The notes below the pieces were generated by a model that made no database searches, was not told where the DNA came from, and saw only the letters and a program-made list of their open reading frames with translations. Shown piece by piece: positions 45,584-54,039 of a DNA stretch of 64,000 nt; the stretch's first letter is position 1, and each line of letters begins with the position of its first letter. The position numbers and the translations under genes are program-made. Location: positions 1,050-65,049 of the forward strand of contig JAJDUD010000027.1 in the NCBI GenBank assembly GCA_022826825.1, written 5' to 3'. The stretch comes from Acidobacteriota bacterium. Its GTDB lineage: Bacteria; Acidobacteriota; Vicinamibacteria; Marinacidobacterales; Marinacidobacteraceae.

Positions 45584-46714
45584 TTACAGAAGTGACGTGA
45601 TCCGGTTGGTCACGGCCTCCCAGTCAACCGGACCTGTCAAATGCGACCAGGAAATGCGAAGAGCCCCTCGGATTTGCTCTTTCGACAGTCCCATCGCCTC
45701 GAGGACATGGCTTGGTGTGTAGCTCTGCGAGGTGCACGCTGACCCGTTCGAGATCGCAATCAGGTCCTTGACGGCCACGATTACGGCTTCGCCGTCCAAC
45801 CCTGGAAATGACAGGTTCACGGTGTGCGCACTGGTCCGGTCCGGATCGCCGTGGATCACCGGCTCAAGCGGTGCTAACCCGCGCATGGTCTCCTCCCGGA
45901 ACGCAAGACACCTGGCCTTTCGCACCCCCGCCTCCTTCGCCCCCAGCTCCGCCGCCAGACCCAGCCCGGCGATCAGGTGAACCGGGAGCGTCCCGGGCCG
46001 TAGGCCACGCTCCTGCCCTCCGCCGAAGAACAACGGGCTAAGTGAAGGTCGCCGGAAACGTCGCCGGCGGGCCACCAGGGCCCCCACCCCTTTCGGCCCG
46101 TAGACCTTGTGGCCGCTTACGCTGATCAGGTCAATCCGGGAGTCCTGCAAGGCGTCCAACTCCTTTCCGAACCCCTGGGCGGCGTCCACATGGAAGTACG
46201 CGGGGTGATCCGCCAGAACCGCCGCCACCTTCTCTACCGGCTGGATCACCCCGGTTTCGTTGTTCACGTGCATGACGGAGACGAGCAAGGTGTCGTCTCG
46301 CAACGCCTCGGCGACCGCCTCTGGATGCACCCAACCGGATGGCCCGCAGGGCAGGCGGACGACCTTGAAACCCCTCTCTTCGAGGACCTCCAAGGGCTCC
46401 AACACGGCCTTGTGCTCGATCTGCGTGGTGATAACGTGGCGACGCCCCGAGCGTCGTCCCTCGCCTTCCAACCCGAGGATCGTCAGGTTGTTGGACTCGG
46501 TGGCGCCCGACGTGAACAGCACCTCATCTGGTTGCGCCTGCACGACCCCGGCGACCTGCGCCCGGGCGTGCTGGACGGCCCGTTTCGCCCGTACGCCGTA
46601 GTCATGCGTCCGGGATCCGGCGTTCCCGAACTCCGGGTCCAGGTACTGGATCACGAGATCGCGCACCCGAGGCTCGATTGGAGTGGTGGCGTTGCAATCG
46701 AGGTAGGCGGTCAC
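45584..46714 (-). CDS. dndA: Cysteine desulfurase (IscS/NifS family), positioned as DndA
   Basis: 376 aa. It has class-V aminotransferase motifs (SGHKVYGPKG PLP-lysine, catalytic SACTS). It is transcribed divergently from dndBCDE, as in canonical dnd loci. Confidence 0.75.
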   Translation of the reverse strand: MTAYLDCNATTPIEPRVRDLVIQYLDPEFGNAGSRTHDYGVRAKRAVQHARAQVAGVVQAQPDEVLFTSGATESNNLTILGLEGEGRRSGRRHVITTQIEHKAVLEPLEVLEERGFKVVRLPCGPSGWVHPEAVAEALRDDTLLVSVMHVNNETGVIQPVEKVAAVLADHPAYFHVDAAQGFGKELDALQDSRIDLISVSGHKVYGPKGVGALVARRRRFRRPSLSPLFFGGGQERGLRPGTLPVHLIAGLGLAAELGAKEAGVRKARCLAFREETMRGLAPLEPVIHGDPDRTSAHTVNLSFPGLDGEAVIVAVKDLIAISNGSACTSQSYTPSHVLEAMGLSKEQIRGALRISWSHLTGPVDWEAVTNRITSLL

Positions 46715-46826
46715 GGAAGCAGGCTAACACCCGGTCTAGACCACTTTCGCCCCAGTTTGCGTGTATGCAATGTACTTGACAAACAATGGTACAATACAAA
46801 CAAACTGCGATCAGCCGGAGGTCCCT
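46715..46826. promoter_or_regulatory. Divergent dndA/dndB intergenic region, AT-rich for this genome, with TTGACA at 46776-46781 and a GGAGG ribosome-binding site at 46816-46820
   Basis: The lower GC content and the TTGACA hexamer are visible in the sequence. In characterised systems DndB binds this intergenic region. No confident -10 element was assigned. Confidence 0.3.
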
Positions 46827-47957
46827 ATGCTCGCCAGTTCCACTCGCACGCCCCAGGCGACTGAGCCGACTTTCGGATACAGCTTCCCGGCGATCCGGGG
46901 AGTGCAGGCGGGACGTGAGTACTACGTCTCGATGTGCCCACTCCGGTTCGTCCCCAAGGTCTTCCTGTTCAACGAAGCTGAGCTCGTTCCAGGCCTGCGC
47001 GCCCAGCGGGTCCTGAATCGCGCAAGGTTGCCGGAACTCACCAACTACATCCTCGCGAACCGCGAGAGCTACTGCTTTTCGGCGCTCACGGCATCCTTGG
47101 ATGGGCCCGTGAGGTTCGAACCGCTCTCGAATGGGACGGAGCCGGGACGGATCGGAACGCTTCACGTCCACATGGATACGCGGTTTCTCATCAACGATGG
47201 ACAGCATCGGCGGGCGGCCATCGAGAACGCTCTGCGCGAGGATCCGGATCTCGCCGACGACAGCATCGCGATCGTCTTTTTCCTGGATCGGGGGCTGGAG
47301 CGATCGCAGCAGATGTTCGCGGACCTGAACCGCCACGCCGTGCGGCCTTCGAAGTCGCTCGGAGTCCTCTACGACCATCGAGATGAACGGGCGTATTTGG
47401 TCCGCTTGGTCGTTGAGCGATTCCCGCTCTTCCAGGACGTGGTGGAACAGGAGCGGACGACCCTTTCGGCACGTTCTCGCAAGCTGTTCACCCTGAGCGC
47501 GATCTATACGGCCACCAACGCTCTCACCACGGGGCACGGCGACCTCTCGCTGGAGGAACGTGTGGAGTACGCCGTCCGCTTCTGGCAGGTGGTGAGCAAG
47601 CAGTTCCCGGACTGGCGAAAGGTGCAAGAGCGGAAGCTGACCGCGGGAGAGATCCGGAGAGATTTCATCCATTCCCACGGGATCACTCTCCAGGCGCTCG
47701 GGCGGATCGGTAACGGCCTCTTTCGCGAGGAGGCGTACGGACCCAAGCTGCGGCCCCTGCGTGACGTTGACTGGTCTCGGTCCAACGCCGAATTGTGGGA
47801 AGGCAGGGCGCTGAGCGCAGGGCGGGTTTCCAAGTCCGGAAACAGCGTCGTCCTGACCACGAACCTCCTCAAGCAGAAGCTCGGACTGCCCCTCACGACG
47901 GAAGAGCAGCGGGTAGAGCGCGCCTTCGAGCGCGGCCGCAAGAAGAAGAATGGCTAA
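46827..47957 (+). CDS. dndB: DNA sulfur modification protein DndB (DGQHR domain)
   Basis: 376 aa. It contains the DGQHR motif (FLINDGQHRRAAIE) and the DndB-typical QMFADLNRHAVRPS segment. Confidence 0.85.
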   Translation: MLASSTRTPQATEPTFGYSFPAIRGVQAGREYYVSMCPLRFVPKVFLFNEAELVPGLRAQRVLNRARLPELTNYILANRESYCFSALTASLDGPVRFEPLSNGTEPGRIGTLHVHMDTRFLINDGQHRRAAIENALREDPDLADDSIAIVFFLDRGLERSQQMFADLNRHAVRPSKSLGVLYDHRDERAYLVRLVVERFPLFQDVVEQERTTLSARSRKLFTLSAIYTATNALTTGHGDLSLEERVEYAVRFWQVVSKQFPDWRKVQERKLTAGEIRRDFIHSHGITLQALGRIGNGLFREEAYGPKLRPLRDVDWSRSNAELWEGRALSAGRVSKSGNSVVLTTNLLKQKLGLPLTTEEQRVERAFERGRKKKNG

Positions 47958-49467
47958 TCGGCTCGCCGGCCTTCCGTCCGTGTTCCAGGAGGACGGCATC
48001 GGTGAGACCCTGCGTCAGCACAAGCACTTCGTCCAGCAGTTGTATCTGGAGGATGAAGTCCCGTGGGTCGTGGGCTACAGCGGGGGGAAAGACTCCACCG
48101 CGACCCTGCAACTCGTCTGGCTTGCGATTGCGGAACTCGACGAGTCCCAGCGCCAAAAGCCCGTCCACGTCATCAGCACCGACACGCTCGTCGAGAACCC
48201 CATCGTTGCGGCGTGGGTGACCCATTCGCTCGACAAGATCAACGAAGCCGCAAAGGCGTCTTCCCTTCCGTTCGTTGCTCACCGCCTGACCCCCGAGGTG
48301 GAGGACACCTTTTGGGTCAACCTGATCGGGAAGGGCTATCCGGCGCCCCGTCACAAGTTCCGCTGGTGCACGGAACGGCTCAAGATCAAGCCCTCGAACC
48401 GGTTCATTCGCAATGTCGTGCGCCGGAACGGGGAAGCGATTCTGGTCCTCGGTACTCGGAAGGCGGAGAGCGCCAAGCGCGCTTCCACGATGAAGAAACT
48501 GGAAGAACATAGGGTCCGCGACCGATTGAGCCCGAACGCCAGTCTCCCCGGATGCCTCGTGCTGTCGCCCCTAGAGGACTGGTCGAACGACGACGTGTGG
48601 CTTTTCCTCATGCAGGTGGACAACCCTTGGGGCTACCGCAACAAGGATCTCCTCACGATGTACCAAGGAGCTTCGGAGGACGGCGAGTGCCCACTGGTGG
48701 TCGATACCTCGACGCCCAGTTGTGGGGACAGCCGGTTCGGTTGCTGGGTGTGCACGCTCGTCGACAAGGACCGGTCCATGACCGCGATGATCCAGAACGA
48801 CGAGGAAAAGGAATGGATGCTGCCGCTGCTGGAACTCCGGAACGAACTCGACACGCCCAATGACCGGCCGCTCCGGGACTTCCGCCGGATGACCGGGGCG
48901 GTCCAGCTCTTTCACGACCGTCCCATCCCCGGCCCCTACACGCAGAAAGCACGCGAGACGTGGCTGCGTCGCGTGCTCCAGGCCCAGCGCTGGGTCCGGG
49001 AGAACGGCCCCAAGGACGTAAGGTCAATCGAACTCATCACCGCCGCCGAACTTGCAGAGATTCGGCGGATCTGGGTCGTGGAGAAACACGAGATCGAGGA
49101 TCTGTTGCCCGGGATTTACGAGGAGGAAACCGGCGAGCCGTATCCAGACGCCGCAAGCAGAAACGACAGCCCTCTCGGGCCCGAAGGGCTGGAAGCGCTC
49201 AAACAGGTCTGTGGCGACGACTCGCTCCACTACGAGTTGACGCGCAATCTCCTGTCGCTCGAGTGGCAGTATCGAACTCATCTCAAGCGGAGGGGGCTTC
49301 TCGACCGAATCGAGGCGATGGTGCGCCGCGGGTATTACGAGAGCGCCGACGACGCGACGGATTACGCGCGGAAACGGAAGCACGCGCTGGACGCCGCCCG
49401 GGAACTTGCAGCGCGCGAGATCGACGAGGCTCCCCGTTACGCGAAGCCTTCCTTGTTCGAGGTCTGA
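47950..49467 (+). CDS. dndC: DNA phosphorothioation protein DndC (PAPS-reductase-like ATP pyrophosphatase)
   Basis: 505 aa. It has the PP-loop SGGKDST and conserved Cys (CGDSRFGCWVCT). It overlaps the dndB stop by 8 bp. Confidence 0.85.
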   Translation: MANRLAGLPSVFQEDGIGETLRQHKHFVQQLYLEDEVPWVVGYSGGKDSTATLQLVWLAIAELDESQRQKPVHVISTDTLVENPIVAAWVTHSLDKINEAAKASSLPFVAHRLTPEVEDTFWVNLIGKGYPAPRHKFRWCTERLKIKPSNRFIRNVVRRNGEAILVLGTRKAESAKRASTMKKLEEHRVRDRLSPNASLPGCLVLSPLEDWSNDDVWLFLMQVDNPWGYRNKDLLTMYQGASEDGECPLVVDTSTPSCGDSRFGCWVCTLVDKDRSMTAMIQNDEEKEWMLPLLELRNELDTPNDRPLRDFRRMTGAVQLFHDRPIPGPYTQKARETWLRRVLQAQRWVRENGPKDVRSIELITAAELAEIRRIWVVEKHEIEDLLPGIYEEETGEPYPDAASRNDSPLGPEGLEALKQVCGDDSLHYELTRNLLSLEWQYRTHLKRRGLLDRIEAMVRRGYYESADDATDYARKRKHALDAARELAAREIDEAPRYAKPSLFEV

Positions 49468-49489
49468 TGGCCGTGCGGCAGGTCGGGTC

Positions 49490-51466
49490 GTGATTCTCGA
49501 CGAACTCGTTCTCGAGAATTTCGGAGTTTTTCGCGGACGGAACGTCCTGTCACTCACCCCGCCGTCGCGTCGAAAGCCCCTTGTGGTCGTGGGAGGGTTG
49601 AACGGTGCCGGGAAAACTACCCTTCTTGATGCCGTGCAACTGGCCCTCTTCGGGAAGCGCGCACCGTGTGTTGACGGAAACGGCGGCGGCTACAACGGCT
49701 ACCTGAGGGGGCTCATTCACCGGGGTGTTCGGTCTTCCACGGGCGCGAGTCTGGAACTCTCCTTTCGGCATCGGGACGCAAGTTCCGAGCACCGCTACCG
49801 GGTCCGCCGCCACTGGCGCAGCAGGTTTCGCACGGTCCAGGAGAAAGTCGAAGTCCTCCGCGACGACCACCCTCACCGAACGCTCTCCGAACGCTGGGTG
49901 GAATCCGTGGAACAGTTCATCCCGCTCGGGATTGCCCGTTTGGTGTTCTTCGACGGGGAGAAGATTGAGGCGCTCGCGGACCCCAGCACCTCGTCCGAGG
50001 CGCTACGAGCCGGTGTGAACGCGCTCCTCGGGCTAGGCATCGTCGAACGCCTCGGTGCCGACCTGATGGTCTACGAACGACGTAGCAAGAGCAGGCTGAT
50101 CCGGGGTTCGGACCAAACCGCGGTGAAGGCTGCGGAGCTTGAACTCAAACGGCTCGAAAGAGAACGGAAGTCGTGGGCAAACGAACGCGGTTCCCGCCAG
50201 AACGTGCTCGACCAAGCCCGCAAGCGCGTCGAGCAATGTGAAGCCCGGTTCCGCGCGGAGGGCGGCGACCTCTACGAGCGGCGGAAAGAGCTCGAAGAGG
50301 AGCGTGACGCGTGTCACCGGAGAGTGCGCGAGGCGGAAGATGGACTCCGAGACCAAGCGACCACGCTCGCTCCCTTCCTGCTCGTCGAGGACGTGATCTC
50401 GGCTGCGGCTGACCGAGCGGACGAAGAGTGGACGGCGGTCGAAGCCCAGCGGACCCACGAGGTGCTGTCCACGCGAGACCGGAAGATGTTGAAGGCGCTA
50501 CGCGGAAGAAAATGCAACGCGCGGCTCGTTGAAGAACTGGACGATCTGTTCCGCCGCGATCGAGAGGAGAGGAAATCGGCAACGAGGATTGAGGTTCTGC
50601 TGGGTGCATCCGACTTCACCCGTCACGAATTGCGGCGACTCAGCAGCGGTGGGCTGTCCGTGTTTCGGTCTTCCCTGGCGGAGACCAGAAGAGCCCTGCT
50701 CGAGGCACAGGCTGAATTCGAAGAGGCCGAAAGGACGCTCAGCATGGTCCCGGTCGGCGAATCGGTGAAGGCACTGATCGAGGATCGTGATGACGCCCGC
50801 CGGGCGGCGATTCGGGCGGAACAGGAGTTGGGCGAGGCCAAGTCCGCAGTGGACCGGATCGACCATGCCAGGGAACGACAGCGGGCGCGGTACGAACGCT
50901 TGCTTGCCGAGGCTGCGGAACAGTCATTGGAGATCGATGACATACAGCGCGCGCTCCATCATTCGGGACGCGTCCGCGACACATTGGATCGTTTCCGGTC
51001 CACTCTTCTGGACCGCAGTTGCCAACACATCGCCTCGCTGGTGCAGGAAGGCTTCCAGCACTTGCTCAGGAAGAAGGCGCTGATCACCGGAGTCGAACTG
51101 GACCCGGAACAGCTGGTGCTTGCGCTGCGGGGACCGGACGGCCGCAATCTCCCATCGGAGCGGCTGTCCGCGGGAGAACGCCAACTTCTGGCCGTCGCGA
51201 TCCTTTGGGCCCTAGCGCGTGCTTGCGGTCGGCCGCTGCCCCACATCGTGGACACTCCGCTCGGACGGCTGGACTCGACCCACCGTGACCACATCGTGCG
51301 GCGTTACTTCCCGAGCGCGAGCCACCAGGTAATCCTGCTTTCCACGGATGAGGAGATCACGCCGCCGTACTGGGAGAGGATCCACCGCCATGTCGGCCAC
51401 GCTTACACGTTGGTCCACGACGATCAGAGGGGCGCGACTTCGATTCGCGAGGGGTACTTCTGGTGA
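49490..51466 (+). CDS. dndD: DNA sulfur modification protein DndD (SMC-like ABC ATPase)
   Basis: 658 aa from GTG. Walker A is GLNGAGKTTLLDAVQLALFGK. It has a long coiled coil. The C-terminus carries the signature and Walker B motifs (LSAGERQLLAVAIL ... PHIVDTPLGRLD). Confidence 0.85.
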   Translation: MILDELVLENFGVFRGRNVLSLTPPSRRKPLVVVGGLNGAGKTTLLDAVQLALFGKRAPCVDGNGGGYNGYLRGLIHRGVRSSTGASLELSFRHRDASSEHRYRVRRHWRSRFRTVQEKVEVLRDDHPHRTLSERWVESVEQFIPLGIARLVFFDGEKIEALADPSTSSEALRAGVNALLGLGIVERLGADLMVYERRSKSRLIRGSDQTAVKAAELELKRLERERKSWANERGSRQNVLDQARKRVEQCEARFRAEGGDLYERRKELEEERDACHRRVREAEDGLRDQATTLAPFLLVEDVISAAADRADEEWTAVEAQRTHEVLSTRDRKMLKALRGRKCNARLVEELDDLFRRDREERKSATRIEVLLGASDFTRHELRRLSSGGLSVFRSSLAETRRALLEAQAEFEEAERTLSMVPVGESVKALIEDRDDARRAAIRAEQELGEAKSAVDRIDHARERQRARYERLLAEAAEQSLEIDDIQRALHHSGRVRDTLDRFRSTLLDRSCQHIASLVQEGFQHLLRKKALITGVELDPEQLVLALRGPDGRNLPSERLSAGERQLLAVAILWALARACGRPLPHIVDTPLGRLDSTHRDHIVRRYFPSASHQVILLSTDEEITPPYWERIHRHVGHAYTLVHDDQRGATSIREGYFW

Positions 51467-51882
51467 AACACCACTTTGCCCCGTTGGAGCGGATCCGTGT
51501 CTCCAAGAGGGCGCAGGACCAACTCGTGACGCTGCGTCGGCGGACGGGACTCCGCCAATGGAACTGGGTGTGCCGGTGGGCGTTCTGTCGGTCCATCGCC
51601 GAGCCCTCGAAGCCGCCGATGGTCCCGGTACCATCGGACAGCAACCTCGAAATGGCTTGGCAGGTGTTCGGAGGCGAGCACGAAGACATCTATGCGGCGA
51701 TCCTGCGGCAGCGGTGCATTCAGGATGGACTGGGGACGGACACTGAGACACTGGCAACCCAGTTCCGGCTGCATCTCCATCGGGGGATCGGATACCTCGT
51801 TGGCGACCAGTACATCCGGAGCATCGGCGAGTTAATCGGTAGCGTCGTGCCGTCCGATTCGGAGCGCCTTCTGCTGCGTTGA
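51463..51882 (+). CDS. dndE: DNA sulfur modification protein DndE
   Basis: 139 aa. It matches the conserved DndE pattern (RIRVSKRAQDQLVTLRRRTGLRQWNWVCRWAFCRSIAEP). It overlaps the dndD stop as GTGA. Confidence 0.8.
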   Translation: MKHHFAPLERIRVSKRAQDQLVTLRRRTGLRQWNWVCRWAFCRSIAEPSKPPMVPVPSDSNLEMAWQVFGGEHEDIYAAILRQRCIQDGLGTDTETLATQFRLHLHRGIGYLVGDQYIRSIGELIGSVVPSDSERLLLR

Positions 51883-53345
51883 GGGGCATCGAGCGCCATC
51901 GCACTGCGCTGCACCGAACCGAGCTGTCGCGACCGGTTCGGCTTGCACTCAACGATGGGGTCCTAGCGCGCGGCAAGAGTTTCTTCGACTATGGGTGCGG
52001 GCGTGGTGCGGACGTTCGCTATCTGGTTCGACGCGGATTTGATGCGGATGGCTGGGATCCGGTGCATCGCCCGGGGGACAGGTGCGCGGCTGACGTGGTG
52101 AATCTTGGATACGTAGCCAACGTCATCGAGGATCCCGATGAGCGGCTTGCCACTCTGCAGGACGCGTGGCGGCTCGCGCGCGAGGTTCTGGTTGTGGCGG
52201 CGAGGCTCGATGTCGATCGGCGCCATTGGCTCGGACCGAACTTGGGCGATGGGACCCTCACGCGGCTGGGAACTTTCCAGAAGTACTTCGCCCAGGACGA
52301 GTTGACCGAGTGGGTCAACGAGGCCACCGGGGAGGCGGCACTCGCGGCCGCGCCGGGTGTTCTCTACGTATTCCGGGACGCGGTTCGGCGAGAGACCTTC
52401 GCGGCAGCCCGATTCAGGTCCCGGGGGCGGCAGCTATCGATCGCCGCCTCCGTTGATCTCTATCGCGAGAACAGTGAGGCGTTGGATGGGCTCATGGAGT
52501 TCCACTGTGATCGCGGCCGGTTGCCCCGGACCGAAGAGTTCCCGCAATCTGATTCCCTCGTGAGTGCCTTCGGCAGCGTGCGACGGGCCGCGCGGTTCCT
52601 GCGCGGCCTCGTCGGAGCACGGCGATGGGACGATGCGCGCCGAGAGCGCTCGGCCGATCTGCTGGTCTATCTCGCGCTAGCTCGGTTTCGCGGCAGACCG
52701 CGGCTCTCAGAGCTGCCCCAAGCGCTCCAACTGGATATCCGGTCGCTGTTCTCGACTTACAAATTTGCCTGCTCGACAGCAGACACTCTGCTGTTTCGCG
52801 CCGGCGACGCCGAAGCGATCGACAAGTCCTGCCGCGACTCACCGGTCGGCAAGATCACACCAACAGCCTTTTACGTGCACGAATCCGCACTGTCACGCCT
52901 AGCGCCGGTACTTCGCGTCTACGAGGGCTGCGCTCGGAGCTACCTCGGAGCCGTGGAGGATGCCAACATCATCAAGCTCTATCGTACCCAGTCCAAGGTC
53001 TCCTATCTTGAGTATCCCGATTTTGACAACGATCCCCATCCGGAGCTTCACCGGTCCGTCAACATCTGCCTCCGGTCATTCAAAGTGAAGGTGCGTTGCT
53101 ACGAGAGCAACAGACCTGTTCTGCACAGAAAGGAGCTGTTCGTGGATCCGTCGTATCCGCGGCGATCGGTGTTCGCCCGTTTGTCAGCGCAGGAGGAGCG
53201 GCATGGGTTGTATTCGCATCCTTCGGCAATTGGGCGACGTCAGGATTGGGACAAGTATTTGACAGCTGCCGGCCTCGGGCACCGTGGCCATCGATTGGTC
53301 GGAGCCAAGTCCTCACGTCCTTCCATTGCCAACATCCCGGCCTAA
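51879..53345 (+). CDS. dnd-associated putative SAM-dependent methyltransferase, translationally coupled to dndE
   Basis: 488 aa from a TTG start that overlaps the dndE stop. The SAM motif I-like segment is FFDYGCGRGADV. Its size and position match the putative methyltransferases that accompany dnd clusters. Confidence 0.55.
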   Translation: MRGIERHRTALHRTELSRPVRLALNDGVLARGKSFFDYGCGRGADVRYLVRRGFDADGWDPVHRPGDRCAADVVNLGYVANVIEDPDERLATLQDAWRLAREVLVVAARLDVDRRHWLGPNLGDGTLTRLGTFQKYFAQDELTEWVNEATGEAALAAAPGVLYVFRDAVRRETFAAARFRSRGRQLSIAASVDLYRENSEALDGLMEFHCDRGRLPRTEEFPQSDSLVSAFGSVRRAARFLRGLVGARRWDDARRERSADLLVYLALARFRGRPRLSELPQALQLDIRSLFSTYKFACSTADTLLFRAGDAEAIDKSCRDSPVGKITPTAFYVHESALSRLAPVLRVYEGCARSYLGAVEDANIIKLYRTQSKVSYLEYPDFDNDPHPELHRSVNICLRSFKVKVRCYESNRPVLHRKELFVDPSYPRRSVFARLSAQEERHGLYSHPSAIGRRQDWDKYLTAAGLGHRGHRLVGAKSSRPSIANIPA

Positions 53346-53548
53346 AGTCGCCTTCCCCGAGATTCAAGAACACGACCAGAGAGCGTTCCGCCTACCGAAC
53401 AGTGTGATTCGCCTGAGCACTCTCGCTAGATTCCGCCGCTCCCCGCCATAACGCCTGCCCGGACAGCCGCGTGATCGAACTAGCCCATAGGACTCTCTCC
53501 ACCAGACCCTCATCAAGTAACGAATCTTCCCGACCGCCCTGTCTCCCC

Positions 53549-54034
53549 TCAGATCGCCTGCTCCCCCTCCGCCCGTCCAACCGTCCCAAGAGTTGCCTCC
53601 ACGCGAAGACGGAATATCCTGAGAAACGTATCCAATGTGCGTGGTTTGTCGTCAAACCACTCCTGTAGAACATCGAATCCTCCGTGGGCGTACTTGTTGA
53701 ATTCACGGACAGCCTCATCGCTCAAATAGCTCTGCGAGAGAGGATCCACGAGATTCGCCAGGGTCTCCCGCACAGCGGTCCTTTCTTCCAAATCCACGTT
53801 CAGGTAGTCGAGCTCCCGCCGTAGAAATAAAGCTACCAACAATCGGCCCCGCTTCTTGTACTCGCCAGGGTAGTAGTCCACAAGCTGTGCAGTTTCGCCC
53901 ACGTTCATCGACCTCTTGCGCTTCGTGGCGATTCCCGCCATAAGACAGAAGTAGTACGCGTCGAAGTCGATGTCCAGGTCAACGCGAATTTCCTCAAACC
54001 ACTTCCGAGCATCCCTCCTGATATAGAAATCCAT
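53549..54034 (-). CDS. Hypothetical protein; last gene of the low-GC four-gene operon
   Basis: 161 aa with no recognisable motif. It starts 6 bp after the upstream SMC-like gene on the same strand. Its GC content is ~55% against ~70% locally. Confidence 0.4.
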   Translation of the reverse strand: MDFYIRRDARKWFEEIRVDLDIDFDAYYFCLMAGIATKRKRSMNVGETAQLVDYYPGEYKKRGRLLVALFLRRELDYLNVDLEERTAVRETLANLVDPLSQSYLSDEAVREFNKYAHGGFDVLQEWFDDKPRTLDTFLRIFRLRVEATLGTVGRAEGEQAI

Positions 54035-54039
54035 ATCAT

